Below, piece after piece: positions 48,614 through 58,239 of a stretch of DNA of 64,000 nt; position 1 is the stretch's first letter, and each line of letters begins with the position of its first letter. The position numbers were made by a program, and so were the translations under genes. Where the stretch lies: NCBI GenBank assembly GCA_963668695.2, contig CAXXLQ010000001.1, forward strand, positions 32,001 to 96,000, given 5' to 3'. The notes beneath the pieces are model-generated. The model was not told the origin of the DNA. It worked only from the letters and a program-made list of their open reading frames with translations, and ran no database searches. Source of the stretch: Vicinamibacteria bacterium (GTDB taxonomy: Bacteria > Acidobacteriota > Vicinamibacteria > Marinacidobacterales > Marinacidobacteraceae).

Positions 48614-48847
48614 CAGCCTGTGGTGGAACCCGGGTGAGCGCCGAGGCCGGCCAGTCCTCCCGGTGGGGGCGAGGCCCAGTTCTCCCGGTGGGGCCAGTCC
48701 TCCCGGTGGGGGCCCGGCTGACAAGGCGCGTGAGGGAGGAGTACCGGGTGTATTTCGACCGAAACGCAATGCAGAACGAAGCGAAGCGGAGTGGTTCAGC
48801 CGGGATGCATCGCCGGGCGAACGCCGCCTGGGTTCCACCACAGGCTG
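48614..48847. mobile_element. MITE with perfect 18-bp TIR and CTAG target duplication
   Basis: CTAG|CAGCCTGTGGTGGAACCC ... GGGTTCCACCACAGGCTG|CTAG. Confidence 0.9.
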
Positions 48848-48862
48848 CTAGGCGCGTTTAGC

Positions 48863-50062
48863 TCAGCGGAGCGTCGCCACTACCTTTCCGAGGGCCGTCA
48901 GGGAGAGCTCCGACAGGTTCAGCTCGTCGCCGCCCACGTTCCGGAGCAGAATCACCGCGGCGTCGGTCCCGGGCTCGATCCAGGCAGCCCCCCGGTATCC
49001 GGCCACGCTGCCCCCGTGGCCATAGGCCGTGAAACTGTTGCCGTCGCTGTCGTCCGCGCGCCGCGCCATGAAGCCGAAGCCATAGCCACTCGAAAGATCT
49101 CCGGTCGCGAACGCCTTGGTCAGGTTGTCCTGCCGGACATCTGCGGGAATGACCCCGTCGAAAGGGGTCCCGGGGGCTCCGGTCAGGAACCGCAGGAACA
49201 CCCCCAGGTCCTCGACCGTCGAATAGAGGGCGCCGTTCGGCACCTTGTAGCCGCGCCCCGCGTGTTCCCTCGCCGGCGTTTCGGCGTCGAGGCTTCCGTC
49301 GTCCTCTACGGTGAGTCCTTCCGCGATGCGGTCCTCAAGACTCGGTGTGGGGAAAAAGGTGCTCGAGTCCATCCCGAGCGGAGCCAGGAGGTTCTCCGCC
49401 ACGTGCGCCATGAACGGCTCGCCGGCGGCCCGCTCCACGGCGGCGCCGAGCATCGCGTAGCCGATGTTCGAATACTGGTAGCGGGTACCGGGTTCGTACT
49501 CGAAGGAGGTCGCCTCGAGCGCCCGGAAGGCGGTATCGAGCCAATCTTCGGGGGCCCCCACCAGGTAGCGCGGGAGGTCCTGCGGTTCGCGGGCGAGCCC
49601 GCTGGTCATGGTTCCGAGCTGGAAAATGCTTGGTCCGGGGGTCCACGCATAGGGGTTGTCGACCTGCTCGAGTTCCGGCACCAGAATGGCGACCGGATCC
49701 CCCAGGCGCGCCTTCCCCTGGTGGACGAGCCGCAGCAGCGCCATGGCGGTGAACGGCTTCGTGATCGACCCGATGCGGAACAGGTGATCGGCCCGGGCAG
49801 GAATCTCGCCCTCGGTGTCCGCGAACCCGAATCCTTCCGCGAACAGCATTTCTCCGCCGACGAAGACCCCGAAGGCGGCGCCGCCGCGTCCGTCATCCTC
49901 GATGACGCGGCGGATCTGTTCGGCGGCCGCAGCGGCGGCCTCCGGCAGCGACTGCGCCACCTCCGGTTCGGATCCAGGCCCACAGGTGAGGGTGGCGATC
50001 CCGAGTAGCAGGGAAGCCGCCAGCGGGCGGCTCGTGAGCGGAAAACGAACGTGGTGACGCAT
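48863..50062 (-). CDS. Serine hydrolase, beta-lactamase/AmpC-like family, exported
   Basis: SxxK 'IGSITK', YxN 'YQYSNIGY', 'YGHGG'; N-terminal signal; start inferred at ATG 50062. Confidence 0.88.
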   Translation of the reverse strand: MRHHVRFPLTSRPLAASLLLGIATLTCGPGSEPEVAQSLPEAAAAAAEQIRRVIEDDGRGGAAFGVFVGGEMLFAEGFGFADTEGEIPARADHLFRIGSITKPFTAMALLRLVHQGKARLGDPVAILVPELEQVDNPYAWTPGPSIFQLGTMTSGLAREPQDLPRYLVGAPEDWLDTAFRALEATSFEYEPGTRYQYSNIGYAMLGAAVERAAGEPFMAHVAENLLAPLGMDSSTFFPTPSLEDRIAEGLTVEDDGSLDAETPAREHAGRGYKVPNGALYSTVEDLGVFLRFLTGAPGTPFDGVIPADVRQDNLTKAFATGDLSSGYGFGFMARRADDSDGNSFTAYGHGGSVAGYRGAAWIEPGTDAAVILLRNVGGDELNLSELSLTALGKVVATLR

Positions 50063-50259
50063 GTCGAAGGGAACGATACCCGGAGGCCGGGGACGGCGTA
50101 TTGGGCGTTTCGCCCCAGGTGGGCTCGGTTGACAACGGGTCATTCAGGGAGCGGCGAAGGGAGTTCGCTGCGCTGGCGCGCAGCGATGCCGGTCTGGAGA
50201 CCGGCGGTCCCTGAACCGCGTCCCGTCCGGCCGCAGGGCGTTCCCCGGCGCGCTGATAG

Positions 50260-51031
50260 CAGCCTGTAGTGAAACCCGCGCGGCCCAGTTCTCCCGGTGG
50301 GGGCTCGGCCGGCGATCCATCCCGGCCAAACAACCGGCAGTGAAACCCACGCGGCCCAGTTCTCCCGGTGGGGGCTCGGCCGGCGATCCATCCCGGCCAA
50401 ACAGCCGGTGATGAAACCCACGCGGCCCAGTTCTCCCGGTGGGGGCTCGGCCGGCGATCCATCCCGGCCAAACAGCCGGTGATGAAACCCGCGCGGCCCA
50501 GTTCTCCCGGTGGGGGCTCGGCCGGCGATCCATGACCGGCTGTTCACCGCGTCGCTACGCGCCGCTCATCGTTGCGTTTCGGTCGGAATACACTCGGTAT
50601 TCCTCCCTCACGCGCCTTGTCAGCCGGGCCCCCACCGGGAGGACTGGCCCCACCGGGAGAACTGGGCCTCGCCCCCACCGGGAGAACTGGCCAGCCTCGG
50701 CGCTCACGTGGGTTCCACCACCGGCTGTTCACCGCGTCGCTACGCGCCGCTCATCGTTGCGTTTCGGTCGGAATACACCCGGTATTCCTTCCTCACGCGC
50801 CTTGTCAGCCGGGCGCCTCGCCCCCACCGGGAGAACTGGGCCTCGCCCCCACCGGGAGAACTGGCCGGCCTCGGCGCTCACGTGGGTTCCACCACCGGCT
50901 GTTCACCGCGTCGCTACGCGCCGCTCATCGTTGCGTTTCGGTCGAAATACGCCAGGTATTCCTCCCTCACGCGCCTTGTCAGCCGGGCTCCTCGCCGGCC
51001 TCGGCGCTCACCCGGGCTCCACCACAGACTG
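50260..51031. mobile_element. Expanded MITE with tandemly reiterated left and right ends
   Basis: ATAG|CAGCCTGTAGTGAAACCC ... GGGCTCCACCACAGACTG|CTAG; four ~71-bp left units followed by three ~130-190-bp right units. Confidence 0.85.
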
Positions 51032-51046
51032 CTAGGATCGTCGCCG

Positions 51047-54000
51047 ATGCGTCGGCTTTCGCTCCCCTTGCTGTTGATGGGCGTCGCCGCCCTCGCCAGT
51101 GGGCAGGACACCGGGGAGCGGTTGGTTCGGGTGACCGAGGGCACGAACTTCGCCGTCGCGGCGTCCCCGGACGGCGAGCGGCTCGTCCTGGATCTGCAGG
51201 GCACGCTGTGGTTGCTGCCGGCGACCGGGGGTTCGGCTGCGGCGCTCACCGATGGCCTGGGAGACGACCGGTTGCCCGACTTCCACCCCGAAGGCGACCG
51301 GGTGGCCTACCAGTCGTTCCGGGGTGGAACCTGGGACATCTGGCAGTTGGCCCTCCCCGGAGGGGAGCCCGAGCAGCTCACCGATAGCGAGTTCGACGAC
51401 CGGGAACCCACCTGGTCTCCCGACGGTAGCCGGATCGCCTTTTCCTCGGACCGCTCGGGGAGCTACGACATCTGGATTCTGGATGTCGCAACGGGTGACA
51501 CGAGTCCGGTTACGAGCAGCCTCGGCAACGAATCGCAACCGGCATGGACCCCGGACGGCGACGGCGTCGTCTTCGTGGCCACTGCCGAGGGCGATGCGGA
51601 CAGCACCCTCCAGTGGCTCTCTCTCGCGCCGGACGGCGATTCCTCGGTGATTCCGGGGTCGGCGGGGAACATCGCGGCCCCGGCGGTCAACCCGGAGGGG
51701 ACTCAGGTCGTCTTTCGGCGTCTCCAGTACGAGGGACTCACCCAGATGGGTACCCGTTTCGACATCGGGACCGCGAGCGAGTGGGTGCTGGTGCCCCTTT
51801 CCGAAGAAACGGACGCCTCCGACGGAAGTGAAGGTGCGACCGCGCCGCGAGTCCTCGCGGGAGCGGGGGAGGATCTGTTCCCCTTCCGGCCCCAGTGGCT
51901 CGACGCCCGGACCCTGCTCTATACCGCCGACGGTGGACTCCGGCGACTCGACGTGGGGTCTTCGCCGAGCGATGCCGAAGCGGAGCCTGCCGCTTCCGCG
52001 GAGACGGCCGCCGAGGTCATACCCATGTCCGCCGAGTTGGGCGTTCGCCGGCCTCCCGAACGTCGCGGCCGGATCCGTACCGATTCGGAAGGGGCGCTCC
52101 CGGTGCGGGGCATCATCCGTCCGAGCGTCAGTCCGGACGGGACGCGGCTCCTCTACGCCGCGCTCGGCGACATCTGGACCGCCCCGCTTGACGGTTCGGA
52201 GGCCCCCCTGCCGGTAACCCGCGACACCTGGCTCGACACCGACCCGGTGTGGTTGCCCGATGGGGAGAGCGTCCTCTTCGCGAGCGACCGCGGCGGGACG
52301 ATGGACCTCTGGGAGAAACGGTTGGACTCGGGACCCGGCGCCGGGCTTGTCCAGCTCACCACCCGGCTCGGGGCCGAGGTGAGTCCGGCCGTGACCCGCG
52401 ATGGCTCCCGGATCGCCTGGCTGGACGAACGCGGAAACCTGCGGGTCACGAGCCGGGACCTTGATTCCGGTCCGGACTCCGAGCGGGAGGAGGAAACCGT
52501 CTATACGGCGCGGCGGGGCGCCGGCATGCCGAGTTGGTCCGCGGACGGCGAAACGGTCGCGCTCGCCAGCCTGGTGCCGTACTCCTCACGCTACCGGGAG
52601 GGGCGGAACCGGATCGCGCTGATCGCCGCGACAACCGGAGAAGCACGGCTCCTCGAAGAACCGGCGGGCAGCTTCGGGACGCGCGATTCGGATGGCCCGG
52701 TGTTCTCGCCGGACGGAGGACGGCTGGCGTTCGCGCTGGGGGGAGGACTCGCGATCCTGCGGCTCAGCGCCGACGGCGTCCCCGAGGGGCCACCCGAGAC
52801 CGTCTTCGAGGGGCCCGTGGACTTTCCCTCCTGGACTCCCGACGGGACGGCGATCGTCGCTCTTTCGGGTGCGTCGCTGCTGCGTATCGAGGCCGACGGC
52901 AGCGGTTCCGAGACCATCAGGTTGCGGCACGAGTTCCCGCTCGCGGCTCGTGCGGGAACGCTGCTCATTCATGACGTCGGAGTGCTCGATGTCGAAGCGG
53001 GCGAGGTTCTGGCAGGGCAGGATGTCCTGATCGAGGCCGGCCGCATCGTTTCGGTAACCCCGGTCGGCGAGCCGCCGCCCGAAGAGATGCGGGTCGTCAA
53101 CGGTGAAGGGGCAACCCTGATCCCCGGGCTCATCGAGATGCACACCCATCCGATGACTCCGGCCTTCGGCAACCGCTTCGGGCGCGCGCATCTCGCCTAC
53201 GGCGTGACGTCGGTCCGGATTCCCGCTGCCGCTACCTACCGGGTTCTGGAGGAGCGGGAGTCCATTCTGGCCGGACTCCGGGTAGGTCCCCGGATCTTCC
53301 TGACGGGCCTCACCCTCGACGGAAGCCGCATCTACTACCCCGGCGCCGCCGCGCTCTCGAGCGGGCAGGGAATGGACGCGGCGCTGCAGCTCGCGCGGGA
53401 ACTGGACTACGACGTCGTCAAGACGTATGTCCGGCTCGACGACGAGTCCCAGCGGCAGGCCATCCGCCGCGCCCAGCGTCTCGGCGCCTTCGTGACTTCC
53501 CACGAGTTGTATCCGGCGGTCCGGTATGGGGTGAACGGGCTGGAGCACGTCAAGGGCACCTCGCGCCGGGGCTTTTCGCCGAAGATGACGGACCTCGGCC
53601 GCTCTTACCAGGATGTCCGGACCCTGATTACCGAATCGGGAGTGTTCTTCACCCCGACCATGCTCATCTACGGCGGGTGGGAATTGGCGCTCGCCCGCGA
53701 ACCCGATCTCGTCTCGTCCGACCGCCGCATCCAGGCGTTCCCGGCGTGGCTCGCTTCCTCGCTTACCGCCCCGCGGGAACCGAGCGGGAACCGCGAGGCG
53801 CAGATTTCACGCAACCTCGCGCTGATGCGTCCCATGTGGGAGACCGTCAGTTCCATCGCGGCCGCCGGAGGCCGCGTCATCGCCGGAACCGATACGCCGA
53901 TCGTGCCTTACGGACTCGGCCTCATCGTGGAGATCGAACAGTTGGCAGAGGCGGGACTTGGCCCTGCCGGAGCTCTTCGGGCGGCCACCCTCACGGCCGC

Positions 54001-54169
54001 CGCAGCCCTCGGGCTGGAAGGGGAACTGGGCGTCATTGCGCCGGGGGCCCTCGCCGATCTGGTGCTGCTCGACGGCAATCCCCTCGATGACATCTCGAAC
54101 CTCCGCCGCGTGCGCGCCGTGCTCGCAAACGGGCGGTTGGCGACGCTGGATCAGCTTCTCAGCTTCTGA
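51047..54169 (+). CDS. Secreted TolB/PD40-repeat protein fused to an amidohydrolase domain
   Basis: Signal peptide at ATG 51047; repeated 'WSPDG/SPDG'; 'LIPGLIEMHTH', 'AGTD', 'ADLVLLDGNPL'. Confidence 0.88.
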   Translation: MRRLSLPLLLMGVAALASGQDTGERLVRVTEGTNFAVAASPDGERLVLDLQGTLWLLPATGGSAAALTDGLGDDRLPDFHPEGDRVAYQSFRGGTWDIWQLALPGGEPEQLTDSEFDDREPTWSPDGSRIAFSSDRSGSYDIWILDVATGDTSPVTSSLGNESQPAWTPDGDGVVFVATAEGDADSTLQWLSLAPDGDSSVIPGSAGNIAAPAVNPEGTQVVFRRLQYEGLTQMGTRFDIGTASEWVLVPLSEETDASDGSEGATAPRVLAGAGEDLFPFRPQWLDARTLLYTADGGLRRLDVGSSPSDAEAEPAASAETAAEVIPMSAELGVRRPPERRGRIRTDSEGALPVRGIIRPSVSPDGTRLLYAALGDIWTAPLDGSEAPLPVTRDTWLDTDPVWLPDGESVLFASDRGGTMDLWEKRLDSGPGAGLVQLTTRLGAEVSPAVTRDGSRIAWLDERGNLRVTSRDLDSGPDSEREEETVYTARRGAGMPSWSADGETVALASLVPYSSRYREGRNRIALIAATTGEARLLEEPAGSFGTRDSDGPVFSPDGGRLAFALGGGLAILRLSADGVPEGPPETVFEGPVDFPSWTPDGTAIVALSGASLLRIEADGSGSETIRLRHEFPLAARAGTLLIHDVGVLDVEAGEVLAGQDVLIEAGRIVSVTPVGEPPPEEMRVVNGEGATLIPGLIEMHTHPMTPAFGNRFGRAHLAYGVTSVRIPAAATYRVLEERESILAGLRVGPRIFLTGLTLDGSRIYYPGAAALSSGQGMDAALQLARELDYDVVKTYVRLDDESQRQAIRRAQRLGAFVTSHELYPAVRYGVNGLEHVKGTSRRGFSPKMTDLGRSYQDVRTLITESGVFFTPTMLIYGGWELALAREPDLVSSDRRIQAFPAWLASSLTAPREPSGNREAQISRNLALMRPMWETVSSIAAAGGRVIAGTDTPIVPYGLGLIVEIEQLAEAGLGPAGALRAATLTAAAALGLEGELGVIAPGALADLVLLDGNPLDDISNLRRVRAVLANGRLATLDQLLSF

Positions 54170-54325
54170 CCGTTAGCACAAGAAAGCCGTTGGGAGTGCA
54201 CATATTTTTGGGGTATCGCGTTGGATCCCTGTGATACATTGCCGTCCCTCGCGCACCGTGTTCTCCGGGACTTAGTGGCCCACCGCGCCACACCGCCTGG
54301 ACCAAAGAAAGGAATCAGATCGAGC

Positions 54326-54601
54326 ATGACCAAGGTGGAACTCGTAACGACATTGTCAGAGTTTGCTGGAATCAGTCGTCGCGAAACCGCCGCGGTTCTC
54401 GACGGACTGCGTGACCTGGCGATTGAGGAACTCAAGGCTGGCAACGGCTTCATGCTTCCGGGAATCGCCAAGTTTTCGGTTGCGCACCGGGAAGCGAGAA
54501 TGGGCCGCAACGTCCGCACGGGGGAAGCCATTGAGATCCCGGCGCGGAATGTGGTGAAATGTAAAGTTTCACGCCCCTTCCAATCCGACTCCTGCGACTA
54601 G
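54326..54601 (+). CDS. hup: HU family DNA-binding protein
   Basis: AAAGGA RBS; 'MTKVEL', 'LPGIAKF', 'ARMGRNVRTGEAIEIPA'. Confidence 0.92.
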   Translation: MTKVELVTTLSEFAGISRRETAAVLDGLRDLAIEELKAGNGFMLPGIAKFSVAHREARMGRNVRTGEAIEIPARNVVKCKVSRPFQSDSCD

Positions 54602-54779
54602 CAGCCCGTAGACAAAGTCGCGCGGCGTTCGACCGGCGATGCATCCCGGCTGAACCGCGCCGCTACGCGTCGCTCATCGTTGCGCTTGGTCGAAATACAC
54701 TCGGTATTCCTCCCTCGCGCGCCTTGTCAGCCGGGCGCCTCACCGCTCTCGGCGCTCGTGCCACTTTATCCACGAGCTG
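54602..54779. mobile_element. MITE inserted at the HU stop codon, CTAG duplication
   Basis: CTAG|CAGCCCGTAGACAAAGT ... ACTTTATCCACGAGCTG|CTAG; shares the internal CGCTCATCGTTGCG..GGTCGAAATACACTCGG module. Confidence 0.8.
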
Positions 54780-54928
54780 CTAGCCTCCCGTTCGGAGGCC
54801 CGCCGCCGCGGTGGACCCGGCGCCACTTTGCCGAGGTCCCGAAGCGCCCAATCCGAAGCGCCCAATCCGAAGCGCCCGGTTGCGCGGATTCCCCTGAAAC
54901 GGATATGCCTTAGCGGTTCACTTCATCT

Positions 54929-56566
54929 GTGGATTGCCAAAGGGAGGGCTTCGATTCGTTGACCACCGGCCGGGCTGAGCGCGTATCCGGGGCGTCGCCC
55001 CCGCTTTATCCGGCGACCGACCTTTCGGGGTATCGGGACGATGCGGCGCTCTGGCGCAGCGTGCCGATGGAGTTGGTGCGGCGCCACCGTTTCGTTCCGC
55101 TGGCTGAAGACGGCGAGCGGCTCTCCATCGTGGTGGTGCCTCCGGTAGTCGAATCCGAGGTGGACCGGCTCGAGTTGCTGCTCCGGCGTCCGGTCGTCGT
55201 ACATGTGGGGGATCCGGCACAGATCGATGCGATCATCGACCGGAACACCAACTCCAGCTTCCTGCTGGACCGGGCGTCCGAGGATCTGCGGATCGAGAGG
55301 CTCGAACGCGGCGACGGAGGTTCCGGCCCGCCGGTCATTTCACTCGACACGCTGGAAGACGGTCAGACCGGTAGCCCCGTGGTCCGACTGGTGGATTCGC
55401 TGCTCGTGAACGCCATCGAGCGGCGCGCCACCGACATCCACATCGAGACCAAGTCCGGGGAGGTCGTTCTGAAGTATCGGGTGGACGGCATTCTCTATCC
55501 GGCGATGGAGCCGGTGGACCGGGCGCACCATCAGACGATCGTGGCCCGGCTCAAGGTGATGGCGGAACTCGACGTCGCCGAGCGCCGGGTACCGCAGGAT
55601 GGACGGTTCCGGGCGGCGCTTTCCGGCGGAGGCGATCGCGATCCCCGCACCGTGGACTTCCGGGTTTCGGTCATGCCGAGCGTGCACGGTGAAGACGTCG
55701 TGATCCGGGTGCTCGACAAGCGCAGTCTCGGGAGCCGCTTCGAGGCGCTTTCGCTGGAAGCGCTCGGGTTTTCGGGCCGGGAGCTCGGGCTCCTCCGCGA
55801 ACACGCGCGTCGACCCTTCGGGATGCTGCTCGCCACGGGCCCCACCGGAAGCGGCAAGACGACGACCCTCTACGCCGTGCTCTCCGAGATCGCGACCCCG
55901 GAGGAAAAGATCGTGACCGTCGAGGATCCCGTCGAGTACGAGATCGCGGGAGTCACCCAGGTTCCGGTGAACGAGAAGAAGGGCCTCACTTTCGCTCGCG
56001 GCCTACGGTCCATCCTGCGGCACGACCCGGACACGATCATGGTGGGCGAGGTTCGCGATCCGGAGACGGCCTCGATCGCGGTCCAGGCAGCGCTGACCGG
56101 GCATCTGGTCCTCACCACGGTGCACGCCAACCACGCGCTCGACGTGGTGGGGCGCTTCCTGCACATGGGGGCGGACCCTCACAATTTCGTTTCCGCGCTG
56201 AACTGCATCGTCGCTCAGCGGCTGGTCCGAGTGCTGTGCCCGGCCTGCCGCCAGCCGGGGCAACCCGATGCGGCCGAGCGGGAGGCTCTGATGGATCTCG
56301 CATCGCGACCGGACCGGCTCTTCCGGCCGCGGGGCTGCCGGAAATGCGACGGAGCGGGGTACCGGGGACGAACGGTGGTAGCCGAGATTCTGTCGCTCAG
56401 CTCTCGGGTTCGGGAACTCATCCTGGCGCGGCAGGGAGGTCCCGCGATCCGGGCGCAGGCCGAAGGGGAAGGGATGGTTTCGCTGCGCCGGAATGCTCTC
56501 GAACTCGTAGCGCGCGGAGTGACGACTCTCTCCGAGGTCGATCGGGTAACGGCCCGTGAGACCTGA
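54929..56566 (+). CDS. GspE/PilB-family secretion/pilus assembly ATPase
   Basis: Walker A 'GPTGSGKTTT', 'TVEDPVE', 'LRHDPDTIMVGEVRD', His box 'TGHLVLTTVHAN', tetracysteine CPAC...CRKC. Confidence 0.93.
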   Translation: MDCQREGFDSLTTGRAERVSGASPPLYPATDLSGYRDDAALWRSVPMELVRRHRFVPLAEDGERLSIVVVPPVVESEVDRLELLLRRPVVVHVGDPAQIDAIIDRNTNSSFLLDRASEDLRIERLERGDGGSGPPVISLDTLEDGQTGSPVVRLVDSLLVNAIERRATDIHIETKSGEVVLKYRVDGILYPAMEPVDRAHHQTIVARLKVMAELDVAERRVPQDGRFRAALSGGGDRDPRTVDFRVSVMPSVHGEDVVIRVLDKRSLGSRFEALSLEALGFSGRELGLLREHARRPFGMLLATGPTGSGKTTTLYAVLSEIATPEEKIVTVEDPVEYEIAGVTQVPVNEKKGLTFARGLRSILRHDPDTIMVGEVRDPETASIAVQAALTGHLVLTTVHANHALDVVGRFLHMGADPHNFVSALNCIVAQRLVRVLCPACRQPGQPDAAEREALMDLASRPDRLFRPRGCRKCDGAGYRGRTVVAEILSLSSRVRELILARQGGPAIRAQAEGEGMVSLRRNALELVARGVTTLSEVDRVTARET

Positions 56567-56593
56567 CACGCCTGCCGGACCGGGAGGTCACGG

Positions 56594-57436
56594 GTGACCC
56601 TTTCCAGCGACTCCCTCGCCCGGCCGGACCCACCGCCGCGGGCGGATCTCGCCGCGCGGCTCCTGGCCCGGGACCAACTCTCTCCCGATGCCCAGCTGCT
56701 CCGCTTCGAAAGTGAGGCGCCGCTTCGGGCTCTGCCGGGCCAGTTCACGATGGTGCGGGTCGAAGGCGGAGGGCTGCTGCGGCGGCCCTATTCCTTCTGC
56801 GACCTGCTGGAGGACGGTGCGTTCACCCTGCTGGTCAAGGAAGTCGGGATCGGGACCCGCGCGCTCATGAAGATGCCGGTCGGCGGAGCCATATCCAGTC
56901 TGGGCCCGCTCGGGACCACGTTCGATCCGCCCCCTCCGGACCTGACGCCGGTCATCGTCGCCGGCGGGGTGGGAATCGCGCCCTTCGTGCTCTTTTGCCG
57001 CCGCCTGGCCGAAACCGGGCGCCGCGGGATTGTGCTGCTCGGGGGCCGGCGTCGTCCCGACCTCTATCTCCGGGACACCTTCGAGGGTTTCGGGATGGAC
57101 GTGCGGGTTGCGAGCGAGGACGGAAGCGCCGGCCACCATGGGCGCGTGACGGAGTTGCTCGACGCCGCCCTCGCGGACGCGGGTCGGCCGCAGCTCTACT
57201 CCTGTGGTCCGACCGGAATGCTGCTTCGCGTCGCGGAGGCCGGGGCCGACGCCGGCGTTCCTCATCAGGTCTCGATCGAGCGCCGGATGGGCTGCGGGAT
57301 GGGATGCTGTTTGGGCTGCGTCGTCTGGGCCCGGCCGCCTTCCGGCGGCCCGGAGGAATACCTTCGGAGTTGCACCGAAGGACCGGTGTTCGACGCCGGA
57401 ACAATCGCTTGGGACCAGGATCCCCACCCTCTCTAG
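56594..57436 (+). CDS. pyrK: Dihydroorotate dehydrogenase electron transfer subunit
   Basis: 'RRPYS', 'AGGVGIAP', 'CGP', 'ERRMGCGMGCCLGC...CTEGPVF'; upstream of pyrD. Confidence 0.92.
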   Translation: MTLSSDSLARPDPPPRADLAARLLARDQLSPDAQLLRFESEAPLRALPGQFTMVRVEGGGLLRRPYSFCDLLEDGAFTLLVKEVGIGTRALMKMPVGGAISSLGPLGTTFDPPPPDLTPVIVAGGVGIAPFVLFCRRLAETGRRGIVLLGGRRRPDLYLRDTFEGFGMDVRVASEDGSAGHHGRVTELLDAALADAGRPQLYSCGPTGMLLRVAEAGADAGVPHQVSIERRMGCGMGCCLGCVVWARPPSGGPEEYLRSCTEGPVFDAGTIAWDQDPHPL

Positions 57437-57533
57437 CAGCCCATGGAAGAAGCACCCCGGATGGCCGCCGCCGCGCGAGACGCGCGAAATCTACGGATTT
57501 CTCCGAATGCGGAGCGCTTTTCCCTCGGGCGAG

Positions 57534-58108
57534 CAGCCTGTGGACAAAGTCACGCGGCATTCCCGAGCCAAGAGGGATGGGAGCCGGGTATCCCCGTCCC
57601 CCATCCCTCTCGCTCCGGGGTCTCCGCGGTGCTGGCGCCCCGCTCCGGAAGCCCGAGCCAGAAGGGATGGGGGTCGGGTGGCCCCGCCCCCCGTCCCTTC
57701 CGCTCCGGGGTCTCCGCGGTGCTTGCGCCCCGCTCCGGAAGCCCGAGCCAGAAGGGATGGGGGTCGGGTGGCCCCGCCCCCCGTCCCTTCCGCTCCGGGG
57801 TCTCCGCGGTGCTGGCGCCCCGCTCCGGAAGCCCGAGCCAGAAGGGATGGGGGTCGGGTGGCCCCGCCCCCCGTCCCTTCCGCTCCGGGGTCTCCGCGGT
57901 GCTGGCGCCCCGCTCCGGAAGCGAGCGGCGATGCACCCCGACTGGCCCCCACCGGGAGAACTGGCCGCCCCGCTTCGCGTGGCTCATCGTTGCGCTTCGG
58001 TCGAAATACACTCGGGCCAGTTCTCCCGGTGGGGGCTCCTCCCTCGCGCGCCTTGTCAGCCGGGCGCCTCACCACTCTCGGTGCTCACGTCACTTTGTTT
58101 ACAGGCTG
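57534..58108. mobile_element. MITE-like element between pyrK and pyrD carrying a 90-bp tandem array
   Basis: CAGCCTGTGGACAAAGT ... ACTTTGTTTACAGGCTG TIR; internal family motifs at 57940-58070. Confidence 0.75.
57562..57921. repeat. 90-bp tandem repeat x4 (first unit degenerate), two hairpins per unit
   Basis: Units at 57562, 57652, 57742 and 57832; GAAGGGATGGGGG..CCCCCCGTCCCTTC and TCCGGGG..CTCCGGA stems; no unique spacers. Confidence 0.9.
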
Positions 58109-58239
58109 CCTGCGGCGCGAATCGCTACGCGATTCACACCACGGTTTTTCGTGGGCAGGGGAAACCCCTCCCTATACCCCGCCCCTGCGGCGCTCCGCGC
58201 CGCTGGTTCACGATGGGCGACTTTCGCCACCGGTCTTCG

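Noticed and set aside
50260-50532. 71-bp periodic repeats as a CRISPR array
   Set aside because: Whole units are near-identical with no unique spacers, and no cas genes are present; they are reiterated MITE ends.
50510-51046. N-terminal extension of the amidohydrolase and other 'PHRENW'-containing ORFs
   Set aside because: These are translations of MITE repeats; the signal peptide starts at ATG 51047.
57562-57921. 90-bp repeats as CRISPR, or as an N-terminal extension of PyrD (ORF 56995-59190)
   Set aside because: There are no spacers. PyrD homology starts near 58240, and the extension overlaps pyrK and is open only because the unit length is a multiple of 3 in GC-rich DNA.
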